Source: Candidatus Omnitrophota bacterium (GTDB lineage: Bacteria > Omnitrophota > Gorgyraeia > Zapsychrales > JANLHA01). Taken from it: a stretch of 64,000 bases of DNA. Below are positions 36,961 through 47,051 of the stretch, in pieces. A program made the position numbers and the translations under genes. The DNA lies in the NCBI GenBank assembly GCA_029560465.1, contig JAKQKX010000063.1, positions 3,796-67,795 of the forward strand, written 5' to 3'. A model generated the notes under the pieces. That model searched no databases and was not told where the DNA came from. It worked only from the letters and a program-made list of their open reading frames with translations. Within the stretch, counting starts at the first letter, position 1; each line of letters begins with the position of its first letter.

Positions 36961-36989
36961 TTGCTTTTTTAAGAAAGCAAAATTATAAT
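36961..36989 (+). promoter_or_regulatory. Putative sigma70 promoter (TTGCTT-17 nt-TATAAT) for the 37098 gene
   Basis: -35 TTGCTT at 36961-36966, 17-nt spacer, consensus -10 TATAAT at 36984-36989, in an AT-rich intergenic region; the spacer is itself an inverted repeat TTGCTTT/AAAGCAA. Confidence 0.35.
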
Positions 36990-37097
36990 GTAAACTAACA
37001 TAAATCAGGTGTCATGTCAAATTTTACCAAACGCATGTTATTAATCTCTGTCCCGCTTATGGTTAAGCGCGGGCCTTTCGGTATCCTTTAAAAGTTT

Positions 37098-37568
37098 ATG
37101 GAAATTTTCGTAATACTTGTAAAAGAAGTTTTACGCAACAAAATTTTGGTCATTACACTAACGGTCTGGGCTCTGGCCCAGTGCATCAAAGTGTTTCTGG
37201 GGGTGATCCGGGAACGGCGGTTTAATTTCCGCTGGTTTATCGGAACCGGGGGCATGCCCTCCAGCCACGCTGCGGGCGCGACCGCCTTAGCCACGACGAT
37301 CGGGATGGAGCGCGGGTTTGACTCGGTGATCTTCGCTTTGTCCGCGGTTTTCGCTTTGGTCACGATGTTTGACGCCCAGGGGGTCCGCCGGGCCACGGGC
37401 CAGCAGGCGGAGATATTGAACAGGATTCTTGAAGATATCTACTGGAGGGGAAAGATTGAAACCAACCGCCTGGTGGAGCTTATCGGGCACACCCCTATCC
37501 AGGTTTTTATTGGTTCCATTATCGGCTGCCTGATGTCGATTGCGTTTTATGGCATGTGGGGCCGTTAA
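37098..37568 (+). CDS. Divergent PAP2 family membrane protein (DUF212/YuiD-like)
   Basis: GGMPSSHAAGATALA motif typical of the divergent PAP2 family; 4 TM helices. Confidence 0.75.
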   Translation: MEIFVILVKEVLRNKILVITLTVWALAQCIKVFLGVIRERRFNFRWFIGTGGMPSSHAAGATALATTIGMERGFDSVIFALSAVFALVTMFDAQGVRRATGQQAEILNRILEDIYWRGKIETNRLVELIGHTPIQVFIGSIIGCLMSIAFYGMWGR

Positions 37569-37619
37569 TATCCGTCCGGGGGCAGATTCAAATTCACCCG
37601 CCAATAAAGGAGTGGAATT

Positions 37620-38438
37620 GTGAATAATCGATTGGTGATTATAGGTGGAGTGTTTGTTGGGGTTCTTGTGCTGTGGTTTAGTTTATCCCGGGGCAAGAAG
37701 CCGGAACCGGTCGCGCAGGCGGACCCGAAACAGGTCAATGTCGCCGAGTTGTATAAACGGGCGAGCGGGTTCGAAAAGAACGGCGACCACGTCAAGGCGC
37801 GGGTGATTTACCAGGAGATTTTAAAGAAGTATCCGGATTACGACAATATCATGAATGTCCAGAAAGACCTGGAAGAGCTGAATATGAACCTTATTTTCTC
37901 CACAACAACCGTGCCGGGGAAGACGTTGACGCATGAAGTGATGCCCGGAGACACGCTCGGCAAGATCGCCAAACGTTACGGTACGACGGTGGAGCTGATT
38001 AAAAAAAGCAACGCTTTAAAGAGCGACGTGATCCGGATCTCGCAGAAATTGCGTGTCTGGACCGGTCATTTTAATATATTCGTCGACAAATCACAGAATG
38101 TCCTGATTTTGAAAGACGGCGATGAAATTGTGAAGGTCTATCTCGTTTCCACCGGTGAGAATTCCAGCACGCCGGTGGGCACGTTTAAGATCACTTCAAA
38201 ATTGGTGGACCCGGTTTGGTTCAGCCGCGGGATCGTTGTCCCGCCGGAGAGCCCGGAAAATGTCCTGGGCACGCGGTGGATGGGGTTTGACCTTCCCGGG
38301 TACGGCATTCACGGCACGATCGAGCCGGAAACGATCGGGCAGGCGGTGACCGCGGGGTGCGTCCGCATGAGGAACGCGGACGTGGAAGAGCTCTATAGCC
38401 TGATCCCCATGGGGACCGAAGTGGTTATTGTCGACTAA
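37620..38438 (+). CDS. L,D-transpeptidase (YkuD domain) with LysM domain and N-terminal membrane anchor
   Basis: LysM: HEVMPGDTLGKIAKRYGTTVELIKKSN; YkuD catalytic motif GIHGT...TAGCVRM; GTG start. Confidence 0.8.
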   Translation: MNNRLVIIGGVFVGVLVLWFSLSRGKKPEPVAQADPKQVNVAELYKRASGFEKNGDHVKARVIYQEILKKYPDYDNIMNVQKDLEELNMNLIFSTTTVPGKTLTHEVMPGDTLGKIAKRYGTTVELIKKSNALKSDVIRISQKLRVWTGHFNIFVDKSQNVLILKDGDEIVKVYLVSTGENSSTPVGTFKITSKLVDPVWFSRGIVVPPESPENVLGTRWMGFDLPGYGIHGTIEPETIGQAVTAGCVRMRNADVEELYSLIPMGTEVVIVD

Positions 38439-38486
38439 AGGCGTGAAGGACAGCGGGGTTTTTTTATAAGGAGCGGAAAGAGAGAC

Positions 38487-39473
38487 ATGAACGGCCTGGA
38501 TTTCGAAAAACCTATCATGGAATTGCAAGCGAAGATTGACCAGCTGAAAAGTTTCGGCACGAACAAGCGGATCAATATCGATCCCGAGATCAAAAAGTTG
38601 GAGCAGAAGCTGGAGAAGATGAAGCAGGCGATTTACAGCAACCTGACGGAATGGCAGCGGGTTCAGATCGCCCGGCATCCGGCCCGGCCTTACACGCTGG
38701 ACTATATTCATATGATCGCCTCTGATTTTGTCGAGATGCACGGGGACCGGCTGTTTTCCGACGACCAGGCCCTCCTGGGAGGGCTGGCCAGGATTGACCA
38801 GCACAAAGTCATGATTATCGGGCATCAGAAAGGGCGGGATATTAAGGAAAATATCATGCGGAATTTCGGTTGCGCCCATCCAGAGGGCTACCGCAAAGCC
38901 ATCCGCCTGATGCAGCTGGCCGGAAAATTTCAGTTGCCAATCATCACCCTGATTGACACGCCCGGGGCGTATCCCGGCATCGGCGCTGAAGAGCGCGGAC
39001 AGGCCCAGGCCATCGCCTCGAACCTTAAAGATATGTCTTTGATCCCTTCGCCGATCATCGCGATTGTTATCGGGGAAGGCGGCAGCGGCGGGGCCATCGG
39101 CATCGGCGTCGCCAACCGGGTTTACATTTTACAGAACGCGTATTATTCCGTCATTTCCCCGGAAGGCTGCGCTTCGATCCTTTGGCGCAACAGCGTGAAG
39201 GCGCCTGACGCCGCCAACGCGTTAAAGCTGACCGGCGAACATTTAAAAAAATTTGGCATTGTCGATGATATTATCCCGGAGCCGCCGGGCGGAGCGCATC
39301 ATGACCCCCAGTTCGTCGCGAAAAATATAAAGAAAGTCATTCTTAAGGCTATCAAGGAGTTATCCGCCAAATCCCGGGAGGAGCTGTTGGAGGACCGTTA
39401 TAATAAGTTCCGAAGCATCGGCGTATTCCTGGAGAACGGCGCGGCGGGCGCGGCTGACACCCCGGCTTCATGA
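38487..39473 (+). CDS. accA: Acetyl-CoA carboxylase carboxyltransferase subunit alpha
   Basis: MNGLDFEKPIMELQAKIDQLK...ARHPARPYTLDYI...GAYPGIGAEERGQ matches AccA along its full length. Confidence 0.9.
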   Translation: MNGLDFEKPIMELQAKIDQLKSFGTNKRINIDPEIKKLEQKLEKMKQAIYSNLTEWQRVQIARHPARPYTLDYIHMIASDFVEMHGDRLFSDDQALLGGLARIDQHKVMIIGHQKGRDIKENIMRNFGCAHPEGYRKAIRLMQLAGKFQLPIITLIDTPGAYPGIGAEERGQAQAIASNLKDMSLIPSPIIAIVIGEGGSGGAIGIGVANRVYILQNAYYSVISPEGCASILWRNSVKAPDAANALKLTGEHLKKFGIVDDIIPEPPGGAHHDPQFVAKNIKKVILKAIKELSAKSREELLEDRYNKFRSIGVFLENGAAGAADTPAS

Positions 39474-39575
39474 CGCCTCCCGGTAAGCCGGGCCTTATCC
39501 CCTCCCGCGTTTTTTCTGTTCGTTAACCATCACAGGCCGTAAGAGGAATCGAGAAGAGCGGCCTTTTAGAAAGCC

Positions 39576-40715
39576 ATGACTCAAGGGGAATTGTCCCATA
39601 AAGAGGATGTTCGGAATTTGTCCTTCGAGGACCTGAAGAGGTATTTGGAAGGCGCCGGGGAAAAAAGTTTTCGCGCGGATCAGGTTTTTGAGTGGATTTA
39701 TCAAAAGGGCGCCTGGTCGTTTGACGGCATGAGCAATTTGCCCAAGCCGCTCCGGGACAGGCTGGCGCGGGATTTTTATTGCCGCCCTTTTGTCTCTGTC
39801 CAGAAGCAGGTTTCCCCCGAAGGCACCACCAAATTTCTTTTCGAGCTTAATGATCATGAAAAAATTGAGAGCGTCCTGATCCCGGCCCAGGGACGGGCCA
39901 CGGCCTGTGTTTCCACCCAGGCGGGCTGCAAATTCGGCTGTAAATTCTGCGCCAGCGGCGTCGGCGGCTGGGTGAGAAATTTGACGTGCGCCGAGATCGT
40001 GACGCAGGTCCTGGGTGTAAGGGAAGAATCCCTCAAACATAAAAAGCCCCTGACGAACATTGTTTTTATGGGCACCGGCGAGCCGCTGGATAATTTTGAG
40101 AACCTCATGGCCGCCATCCGGATCATCAATTCCGACAAGGGCATGAACATCGGCGCCCGTCACATGACCGTTTCCACGGCGGGGCTGATCCCGGGGATGA
40201 AAGAGCTGGCCCAAGCGGGCCTGCAGGTCGAGCTGGCGGTTTCGCTGCACGGATATGATGATGAAACCCGAAGCTTCCTCATGCCGGTGAATAAAAAGTA
40301 TCCCCTGAAAGAACTGATGGCCGCCTGCCTGGAATACATCCGGGAAACGAACCGCCAGATCACTTTTGAATACATTTTAATCAGGAACCTGACCTGCACG
40401 GAAAAGGCCGCACGGGCTTTGGGGAAGTTGTTAAAAGGGATGCTTTGTAAAATGAACCTGATCCCGTACAACCCCGTCCCGGAATTTGATTATGAACCGC
40501 CTAATAAATTGGAATTGCTCGCCTTTACGACCCGCCTTTCGCAATTAGGGATTCACGCCACCGTCCGGATGCCGCGGGGCCGGGAGGTCCAGGCCGCCTG
40601 CGGGCAATTGCGGCAGGGGCCAACGCCGCCGCGCGCCCACGGGCCTGGCCGGGTGAGCCCGGCGCGGCCTTATGGCCGGAGGGGGCAGCGCGTTCCCCGG
40701 GGGAGGCGGGTATGA
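39576..40715 (+). CDS. rlmN: Dual-specificity RNA methyltransferase RlmN (radical SAM)
   Basis: CVSTQAGCKFGCKFCASG radical SAM motif; RlmN-type N-terminal domain; ATGA overlap with the next gene. Confidence 0.85.
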   Translation: MTQGELSHKEDVRNLSFEDLKRYLEGAGEKSFRADQVFEWIYQKGAWSFDGMSNLPKPLRDRLARDFYCRPFVSVQKQVSPEGTTKFLFELNDHEKIESVLIPAQGRATACVSTQAGCKFGCKFCASGVGGWVRNLTCAEIVTQVLGVREESLKHKKPLTNIVFMGTGEPLDNFENLMAAIRIINSDKGMNIGARHMTVSTAGLIPGMKELAQAGLQVELAVSLHGYDDETRSFLMPVNKKYPLKELMAACLEYIRETNRQITFEYILIRNLTCTEKAARALGKLLKGMLCKMNLIPYNPVPEFDYEPPNKLELLAFTTRLSQLGIHATVRMPRGREVQAACGQLRQGPTPPRAHGPGRVSPARPYGRRGQRVPRGRRV

Positions 40716-42547
40716 AGAAGATCAAGGGGAAAAATAAGAAGAGCGCGGCCGTTTCCGAGAATTGGTGGACCCGGGTGTCCCGGGAGAAGGCCTTAGGGTT
40801 GGGGTTTATTTTCTTTGTGACGCTCCTGGCCTTCAGCAATATTTTTGGCAATCAGTTTGTCCTGGATGATTTTGATTTTATCGCACACTGGCCGTTGATC
40901 CGGGACCTGCGGAATTTTCCGCGTTTTTTTGTGGAGTATATCCCGCCGGACGGGCAGCCCGGCGTGTATTCTCCTCTTAAAACCCTCTGGCACGCGCTCA
41001 ATTTCCAGTTGTGGGGCCAGGAGGTTTTTGGGTATCACCTCGTTTCTCTTTTTATTCACGGCGCCGGGATTTGGCTTGTCTATCAGATCGCTTATGAATT
41101 GTTGCGGCGCAGGGACGTTTCTTTCTGGACGGCGCTTGTGTTCGCGGTGCATCCGGCCCATGTTGAAGCCGTCACGTTTATGACGGCCAGCGTGGACACC
41201 CTCGGGATCGTGTTTTTGTTCGCGAGTTTTTATTCTCATTTGCGGGCTAACCGGCGGGAAGGCCGGGTTCCGGTTTTCTGGAAAGGCGGGGCCGCGGAGG
41301 ACGAAAACAAACCGGCGGGCAGGCGCGGCCGGGAATCCGACGGCGTGCCGGGCCGGGACCGGGCCTGGGCGATTTGTTTTGCGGGTTTGGCGGTCTTCAG
41401 CCATGAGCTGGCGATTTCGCTGCCGTTATTGATTGTGTTTTATGAGCGGTTTTTTACGCGGCCCCGCCGGACATGGCGCGGCCTTGTGGCCTTGGTCTGG
41501 CCTTTTTTTATCATTGTCGCGGGGTATGTTTTATGCAAGTGGCGGGTGTTGGGGATGATCAACCGCGGCGGGTATGTCGCCGGCAGTTTTAGCCTGACCA
41601 TGGCGGTTATCGTCAAAGCCTGGGCGAAATACCTGGCCACACTTGTTTTTCCATTTCAATTGTCCCATAACCCGGTGATCGCGCCGGGGATTTTTGCTTT
41701 TGATCCGTCCGACTTTAATCCGTCCGCAGTCCTGGCGCAGTCTCTGACCGATAGGCACACGTTAGGGGCGCTGGCTGTTCTGGGGTTGCTGGCCCTTTGG
41801 GTGCTTCTCTCCTGGAAGAGCCGGCCGCTCATCGCGTTTGGCAGCGGATGGTTGTTTATCTCTCTGTTGCCGGGCGCCAATATCGTGCCCAGTTCGGTTT
41901 ATTTCGCGGAGCGGTATCTGTATCCCGGGTCCCTGGGTTTTTGCCTTGTGTTGGCCGCGGGGATTGTCCATTCCTTTCAGGCCGCGTCCAGTTCCAACCG
42001 GGCGTGGCTTAAAGGCGCGGCCGCCGCAGTCGCCGCGCTGATCGTCCTGTTCTACGGGGCCAGGACCTGGGCGCGCAACGCGGACTGGAAAGACAACCGC
42101 CGGCTGTATGAATCGACGGTGCGGATGAACCCCGAAAGCGCCGTGATGCACAGTAATCTGGGGATCGTGTACGCCCAGGAAGGGGAGTGGGACCTTGCCC
42201 TGAACGCCTTTCAAACCGCCATTGCTTTGAAACCGGACGACGCGCATTTTTATTTCGCCGTGGCCCCGGTGTATTTAGAGAAAGGGCTTCCGGACCACGC
42301 GATCGCCGCTTACCGGAAGGCCATCGTTTTAAACCCCAATTTTGCCGAAGCGTATTTTAACCTGGCCGGCGTGTACGCCCAGCTCGGGGATGAGGATGAG
42401 GTCCGGGGCAATCTGAATCAGTCCATGTGGCTTTTTAAGCGGCAGGGCCGCGTCCTGGAAGCGGGCATGCTGCTTCAGCATATCGACTCGGTTCTGCAAT
42501 CCCCGCCCGGGACGGGTCAGGACATTTTAACCCAGGGGCTTTTTTAA
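40712..42547 (+). CDS. TMTC-like GT-C-fold glycosyltransferase (DUF1736 membrane domain plus C-terminal TPR repeats)
   Basis: N-terminal polytopic domain with first-loop DD motif (VLDDFDFIAHW); C-terminal TPR repeats (AVMHSNLGIVYAQEGEWDLALNAFQTAIALKPDDAHFYF...). Confidence 0.7.
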   Translation: MKKIKGKNKKSAAVSENWWTRVSREKALGLGFIFFVTLLAFSNIFGNQFVLDDFDFIAHWPLIRDLRNFPRFFVEYIPPDGQPGVYSPLKTLWHALNFQLWGQEVFGYHLVSLFIHGAGIWLVYQIAYELLRRRDVSFWTALVFAVHPAHVEAVTFMTASVDTLGIVFLFASFYSHLRANRREGRVPVFWKGGAAEDENKPAGRRGRESDGVPGRDRAWAICFAGLAVFSHELAISLPLLIVFYERFFTRPRRTWRGLVALVWPFFIIVAGYVLCKWRVLGMINRGGYVAGSFSLTMAVIVKAWAKYLATLVFPFQLSHNPVIAPGIFAFDPSDFNPSAVLAQSLTDRHTLGALAVLGLLALWVLLSWKSRPLIAFGSGWLFISLLPGANIVPSSVYFAERYLYPGSLGFCLVLAAGIVHSFQAASSSNRAWLKGAAAAVAALIVLFYGARTWARNADWKDNRRLYESTVRMNPESAVMHSNLGIVYAQEGEWDLALNAFQTAIALKPDDAHFYFAVAPVYLEKGLPDHAIAAYRKAIVLNPNFAEAYFNLAGVYAQLGDEDEVRGNLNQSMWLFKRQGRVLEAGMLLQHIDSVLQSPPGTGQDILTQGLF

Positions 42548-43245
42548 TGCTTGAGCTGTCCGTCGTGATCCCTGTTTATAATTCCAAAAAGTTTATCGTC
42601 CCCGCCGTGGAGGAACTGACCGCATTGTGCGACCGGCAGGAATGGGCCTATGAAATTTTGCTGCGGGATGACGGCAGCTCCGATGATAGCGCCGGCGTCC
42701 TGCGCCTCCTTTCAGGGAAACACCCCCGGGTGCGGTGCGTGTTTAATGAGAGGAACCGGGGGCTGGGGTTTACGTTAAGGCGGTTGTTTGAAGAAGCGAA
42801 GGGCCGGACCGTGGTGTATTGCGACGTCGATCTTCCTTTTGGCGTCGGCGTCTTCCGTGACCTGGTCGCTTTGAATAAAAAACATGACCTGGTTGTCGTG
42901 TCCCGCTACCTTTCTGCGAAGCAGGGCCGTATTCCGTTTTTGCGCAAGGCGGTCAGCCGGCTGTATTTTGGGCTTTGCCGGATGCTTTTTCAGGTTCGGG
43001 TTTTTGACATCGGCTCCGGGACGGTCGCTTTCTCCCGCGAGGCGTTAACGCGGATTCCGCTGCACGCGGACGGCTTCGATATTCATATCGAAATCATGAC
43101 CGCGTTTCATAACCATGGTTGTTCTATCCTCGAGATCCCTGCCCCTTATTCTGAGAAAGGGCCCGGGACATTTTCCATCCTCCGTCACGGCCCCCGGGTC
43201 GTCATCGACACGGTGCGCCTGTGGCGTAAAAGTTTTAAGAAGTGA
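42547..43245 (+). CDS. GT2-family glycosyltransferase (polyprenol-phosphate sugar synthase-like)
   Basis: VVIPVYNS...LLRDDGSSDDS...DVDLPF GT2 motifs; start overlaps the stop of the TMTC-like gene. Confidence 0.8.
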   Translation: MLELSVVIPVYNSKKFIVPAVEELTALCDRQEWAYEILLRDDGSSDDSAGVLRLLSGKHPRVRCVFNERNRGLGFTLRRLFEEAKGRTVVYCDVDLPFGVGVFRDLVALNKKHDLVVVSRYLSAKQGRIPFLRKAVSRLYFGLCRMLFQVRVFDIGSGTVAFSREALTRIPLHADGFDIHIEIMTAFHNHGCSILEIPAPYSEKGPGTFSILRHGPRVVIDTVRLWRKSFKK

Positions 43246-43294
43246 ATCGTGACGGATTGCCTCCTGGAAGCAACAGACAAAACCGTAAAAAATT

Positions 43295-43870
43295 TTAGGG
43301 CAGTTGGATATGTTTCTGGGTGAAGGTCTTGATGATTTCCTTGATCTTCGGATGCTGGAGCAGGCGCTGGAAGTCTGGGTTTTGCTGGATCGTCCCCGGG
43401 TCTAGCGTCGAGAGGTCTTTCATGAGGTTGCTGTCCTGGATGATTTTCACTACGTCCGGATCCGTCATCAAATCCTGGATAAGCGTCAGGATTTGCGGAT
43501 CGCTCATCAGCGTCTGTTGCACCGCCTGCAGGGCGTCCGGGGAATTAAGAATCTGCGTCCCCGGGGAAAGGTTGCCGCCCAGGATCGGCAGGCGCGCGGG
43601 CGCTTCTTCCTTCCGCTGAAAATTTCCTGAAGAGATGCTTTGAATGTCTGCCGGGTTGACGCGGATTTCCCCCAGGTGCTCGGTCTGGATGATATAGGCC
43701 CCGTTCTGCACGGAAACCAATCTTCCCCGGATAAGCGTGCCGTCATTTAAAGAGATAAACTGCAGGGGAACGGAAGATGTGTCGCCTTCGGCCGCGGCCG
43801 GCAGAGGGAGGAGAGAGAAAAACATGGGCAGAAGGAATACCGTAATAATTTTCAGTAAACGGTTATTCAT
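43295..43870 (-). CDS. Secreted hypothetical protein
   Basis: Signal peptide MNNRLLKIITVFLLPMFFSLLPLPAAAEG; Q/D/L-rich repeats. Confidence 0.5.
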   Translation of the reverse strand: MNNRLLKIITVFLLPMFFSLLPLPAAAEGDTSSVPLQFISLNDGTLIRGRLVSVQNGAYIIQTEHLGEIRVNPADIQSISSGNFQRKEEAPARLPILGGNLSPGTQILNSPDALQAVQQTLMSDPQILTLIQDLMTDPDVVKIIQDSNLMKDLSTLDPGTIQQNPDFQRLLQHPKIKEIIKTFTQKHIQLP

Positions 43871-43959
43871 GAGTAATAGTTTAGCATTGAATCATGAGGT
43901 AAGCAATGCTGGGGTTAGCCGGGGTTTTTTAGGTGTTGCCGGCGGCCGGCGTGAAAGTG

Positions 43960-45492
43960 TCATTCTTTTATGACCCGGTAAAGTTTTTCCACGCCGATGC
44001 GCAGCCGGGTGGCGCCCTGGTGCCAGTCTTCCGAAAGGGTTTCTCCCTGGTATTCGAGCCGGTAGTGCGTTTTCATGAATTTGGAAAACCGCTGTCCCGG
44101 GTCATAACTGAGCAACCCCGAAGAGGTGATATAGACCGGGACGCCGTCCTGGAGCAGCCCGTCCAGCCGGGCCTGGAAATCTTTCAGGTCCGCCGGCGTG
44201 ATGAAGAAAGGGTCGTTGGGCCGGCGCAGCATATCCCTGCGGCCGTAATAAATGATAAACGGGAATTCGTCCCCGCAGATGATTTTAGCCGCGGGTTCGG
44301 TGCGCCTTCCCACGAAACGGGCGAAGTCAGGCAGCAGCGCATGCCGGTGGCGGAAACGCAGGATCGGGTGAATGTTCACGAACATGGTGACAACGATGAG
44401 GGCGAACGCAAATTGAGTGAGCAGCCGGAAACGGGCGTTGGGGAAGCTTTTAAGATGAGAAAAGAAGGCCCCGGCGCAGATCATCAGCGGGATGATGGCG
44501 ATGAGGATGAACCTGGGCGTTGTCATGGCGAGGTTCCCGAGAAAGAGAAGCGGCCAGAAGAACCACGCGCCCAGGAAGGCGGCCGATAGCCGCTGTTTGT
44601 TTTTAATCAAGAGGAGGAACCCCAGCAGGGCGGCGATGACGCCGAAGGGAGTCATGCTGAAAAAGATGACTTGGAAACTGTCGCCTAAAGCCGGGGACAG
44701 GAAGCCCAAAAAGTTTGGCGTCGTGCTGGCGGCCCAATATCGTTTAAGCTGGCTGCAATATCCGTTTTGGGCGGATAAGATGAAAAGCGGAAGGTGAAAA
44801 AGGAGCGCGGTTACGCCGGAGCCGAGCCAAAGAAAAAAGAAGTCGCTTGAGAACCGGCGGCAGGCTGTCTTGGTGTCCGGCCTCGGGCCGCCGGTTCTGG
44901 ATGCCAGGGCTCCCAGAAGGATTGAGACGGGCGCGGTCATGAGCGCGAATTCCTGAATCCGGGACGCGCCCATGCAGCCCAGCCAGAAAGCACTTGAGGC
45001 GATGTCCCTGATGGCCCGGGTTTCTTTGTATTGGAGGAGCGATAAAAGGCCGAAATGCAGGAACAATAGGCTGGGAACATGGCTCATCCCGTACGTCGAT
45101 ATTCCTAAAAAGACGGGGAACACCGACAACAACAGCGCGCTGTATATCGCCGCCGGGCGGTTGAGAAGTTTTTGAACAACCAGGTAATGGACCGGTACTG
45201 TTATGGAGCTAATGACCACACTCATGAGGTTGACGGCCAGGACCGGATCGGCGTTGCCGGCAAGCTGTGTCAGCGCCAAAAAGAGGGCGCCCAGGAGAAC
45301 CGTCAGGGGGTAGCCTGTCCCGAAAACGTACTGGGGCTGGAGCAACTGAAGGGTACGCTCCGCCTGGATAGCCAGGGAAAGGCAGTCTCCGTTAAAAGGG
45401 CCCCGGCTGATCACCGATAACCGTAACAGCAAATTCAGCCCTCCTAATAAAAGAGGGATCATCGCGGGATGGAAGGGGGGGCGGGTTTTCAT
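43960..45492 (-). CDS. Polytopic membrane protein, probable GT-C-type glycosyltransferase (paralog of 45489-47051)
   Basis: At least 10 TM helices; shares N-terminal LLLRLSxISxGPxxxDC...AxQAExTL and C-terminal L(S/Y)EDWHxGA motifs with the upstream paralog; ATGA overlap. Confidence 0.55.
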   Translation of the reverse strand: MKTRPPFHPAMIPLLLGGLNLLLRLSVISRGPFNGDCLSLAIQAERTLQLLQPQYVFGTGYPLTVLLGALFLALTQLAGNADPVLAVNLMSVVISSITVPVHYLVVQKLLNRPAAIYSALLLSVFPVFLGISTYGMSHVPSLLFLHFGLLSLLQYKETRAIRDIASSAFWLGCMGASRIQEFALMTAPVSILLGALASRTGGPRPDTKTACRRFSSDFFFLWLGSGVTALLFHLPLFILSAQNGYCSQLKRYWAASTTPNFLGFLSPALGDSFQVIFFSMTPFGVIAALLGFLLLIKNKQRLSAAFLGAWFFWPLLFLGNLAMTTPRFILIAIIPLMICAGAFFSHLKSFPNARFRLLTQFAFALIVVTMFVNIHPILRFRHRHALLPDFARFVGRRTEPAAKIICGDEFPFIIYYGRRDMLRRPNDPFFITPADLKDFQARLDGLLQDGVPVYITSSGLLSYDPGQRFSKFMKTHYRLEYQGETLSEDWHQGATRLRIGVEKLYRVIKE

Positions 45493-47051
45493 TCGTTGAC
45501 GATCCTGTAAACAGCCACCGGGTAAATAAACTGGTACATCGCGCCCCGGTGCCAGTCTTCATAGAGTTTTTCCCCGATGCAGATAAGGGAATAATTCTCC
45601 TTTAGAAAGTCCGTGAACTGGCGCCCGGGGTTGTGGGCGGACATGGTGATGTAATTGATATAGACTTCATGCCCGTTGGCGAGAGCCTGGTCGATTTTTT
45701 GTTTGAAAAGATCGAGGTCCGCCGCGGAATAAGGGGCCTGGACCTTTAAAGGGAGCCGCAGCAACTCCGGGCCGTTATAGTAACGCAGGAAATCCCCTTC
45801 ATCGCCGGGAATCATCACGGCCCCCGGCGCGGCCTGGTCATTGAGCCAGCGGACATAATCGGGTAACAGCGCGTAACGGTGCTGGTAGTCTAAAACGGGG
45901 TAGACGCGGTAGAAACACAGCCAGGCCAGAAGGATGGTGATAAGGACGGTCATGGTTTTAAAATATCCTTTAGGCTGCCGGTAAAGTGAGGCCAGGGCCG
46001 CTCCCGCCAGGATATAGAGCGCCGGCAAGGCGCATAAAAAGAAACGGGGCATGACGATATCCAGACGGCTGAACACCAAAAACGGGACCGCGTACCAGGC
46101 GATCAAAAACGTAACTAAAGGTTTATTTACTCTATATATAATAACATGGCCCAGGGCGATAAGCACGAGGCCGAGCGGCGAAAAATTATCGGCCCAATAA
46201 ATCAGGGAGAGGAGAAGATAGCGGACGGACAGGATGTCCAGCCGGCTGAAGATTTCAAAGTCCCAGAAAGAGCGCAGGCCAGGGCCGGGTGCTTTCGCGG
46301 TCAGCGGCAGGTAAAATAATCCGATGATAATGAACGCGATTGTCAAGGCCGCTTTAATCCGTAAGCCCGGTGATTTTGCCGGCGGGGGTTCTTGCGGGGA
46401 CAGGGGAAGGTGAAACAGGACCAGGACCGCGGGCAGCAGGGTGATAAAATCCTGGAGGCGGGCCGCGCCCCATAAGCCCAGCGCGATTCCAGCGGCCAGC
46501 AGCCCTCCGGCGCGGAGGCGTGTTTTAACCTGAAGAATAATGAGCAGGCTGAACAAGCATAAGAACAGGCTTAGGACGGGCGTGTTGCCGAACACGGACA
46601 GGCTCAAGAAAATCGGGCTGGCCGAAAACAGCAGGCTGCTTATAACCGCCGTGGTTGGGTCAACAAGTTTTTTGGTGATGATAAAAAAAAGCGGGACACA
46701 AAGCGCGCTGACGAACACGCTCATCCCGTTTACCGCGGTCACGGCGTCGTAAGCGGTGAAGACCCGCGCCAGCCAGGCGCTGGAGGCGGCGATCATGGCG
46801 CTCAAGGGGAACCCGTGGCTGTGGAGGTAATGCAGTGAGCCGGTCTTAAGCGTGAGTTCGGCCTGATAGGCCATGGTGACGCAGTCCAGATGATAGGGCC
46901 CTTTGCTGATTAGAGAGAGGCGCAGCAGAAGGTTGCCGATAAAAAGAGTCACAGGAATAAAGGCGGATCGTAAAAGGCGCATCACGGATAGGTTTAAAGG
47001 GCGCGTGGCCCGGTTGTTTTCATCGGCGCGGCTTAAAGGATCGTTGAACAT
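45489..47051 (-). CDS. Polytopic membrane protein, probable GT-C-type glycosyltransferase (paralog)
   Basis: As above. Confidence 0.55.
   Translation of the reverse strand: MFNDPLSRADENNRATRPLNLSVMRLLRSAFIPVTLFIGNLLLRLSLISKGPYHLDCVTMAYQAELTLKTGSLHYLHSHGFPLSAMIAASSAWLARVFTAYDAVTAVNGMSVFVSALCVPLFFIITKKLVDPTTAVISSLLFSASPIFLSLSVFGNTPVLSLFLCLFSLLIILQVKTRLRAGGLLAAGIALGLWGAARLQDFITLLPAVLVLFHLPLSPQEPPPAKSPGLRIKAALTIAFIIIGLFYLPLTAKAPGPGLRSFWDFEIFSRLDILSVRYLLLSLIYWADNFSPLGLVLIALGHVIIYRVNKPLVTFLIAWYAVPFLVFSRLDIVMPRFFLCALPALYILAGAALASLYRQPKGYFKTMTVLITILLAWLCFYRVYPVLDYQHRYALLPDYVRWLNDQAAPGAVMIPGDEGDFLRYYNGPELLRLPLKVQAPYSAADLDLFKQKIDQALANGHEVYINYITMSAHNPGRQFTDFLKENYSLICIGEKLYEDWHRGAMYQFIYPVAVYRIVNE

Noticed and set aside
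39495-40250. 251-aa minus-strand ORF
   Set aside because: Antisense to rlmN, which has unambiguous radical SAM motifs; Ala/Gly/Arg-rich composition typical of a GC-rich antisense frame
40793-42247. 203-aa and 161-aa minus-strand ORFs
   Set aside because: Antisense to the TMTC-like gene; R/P-rich
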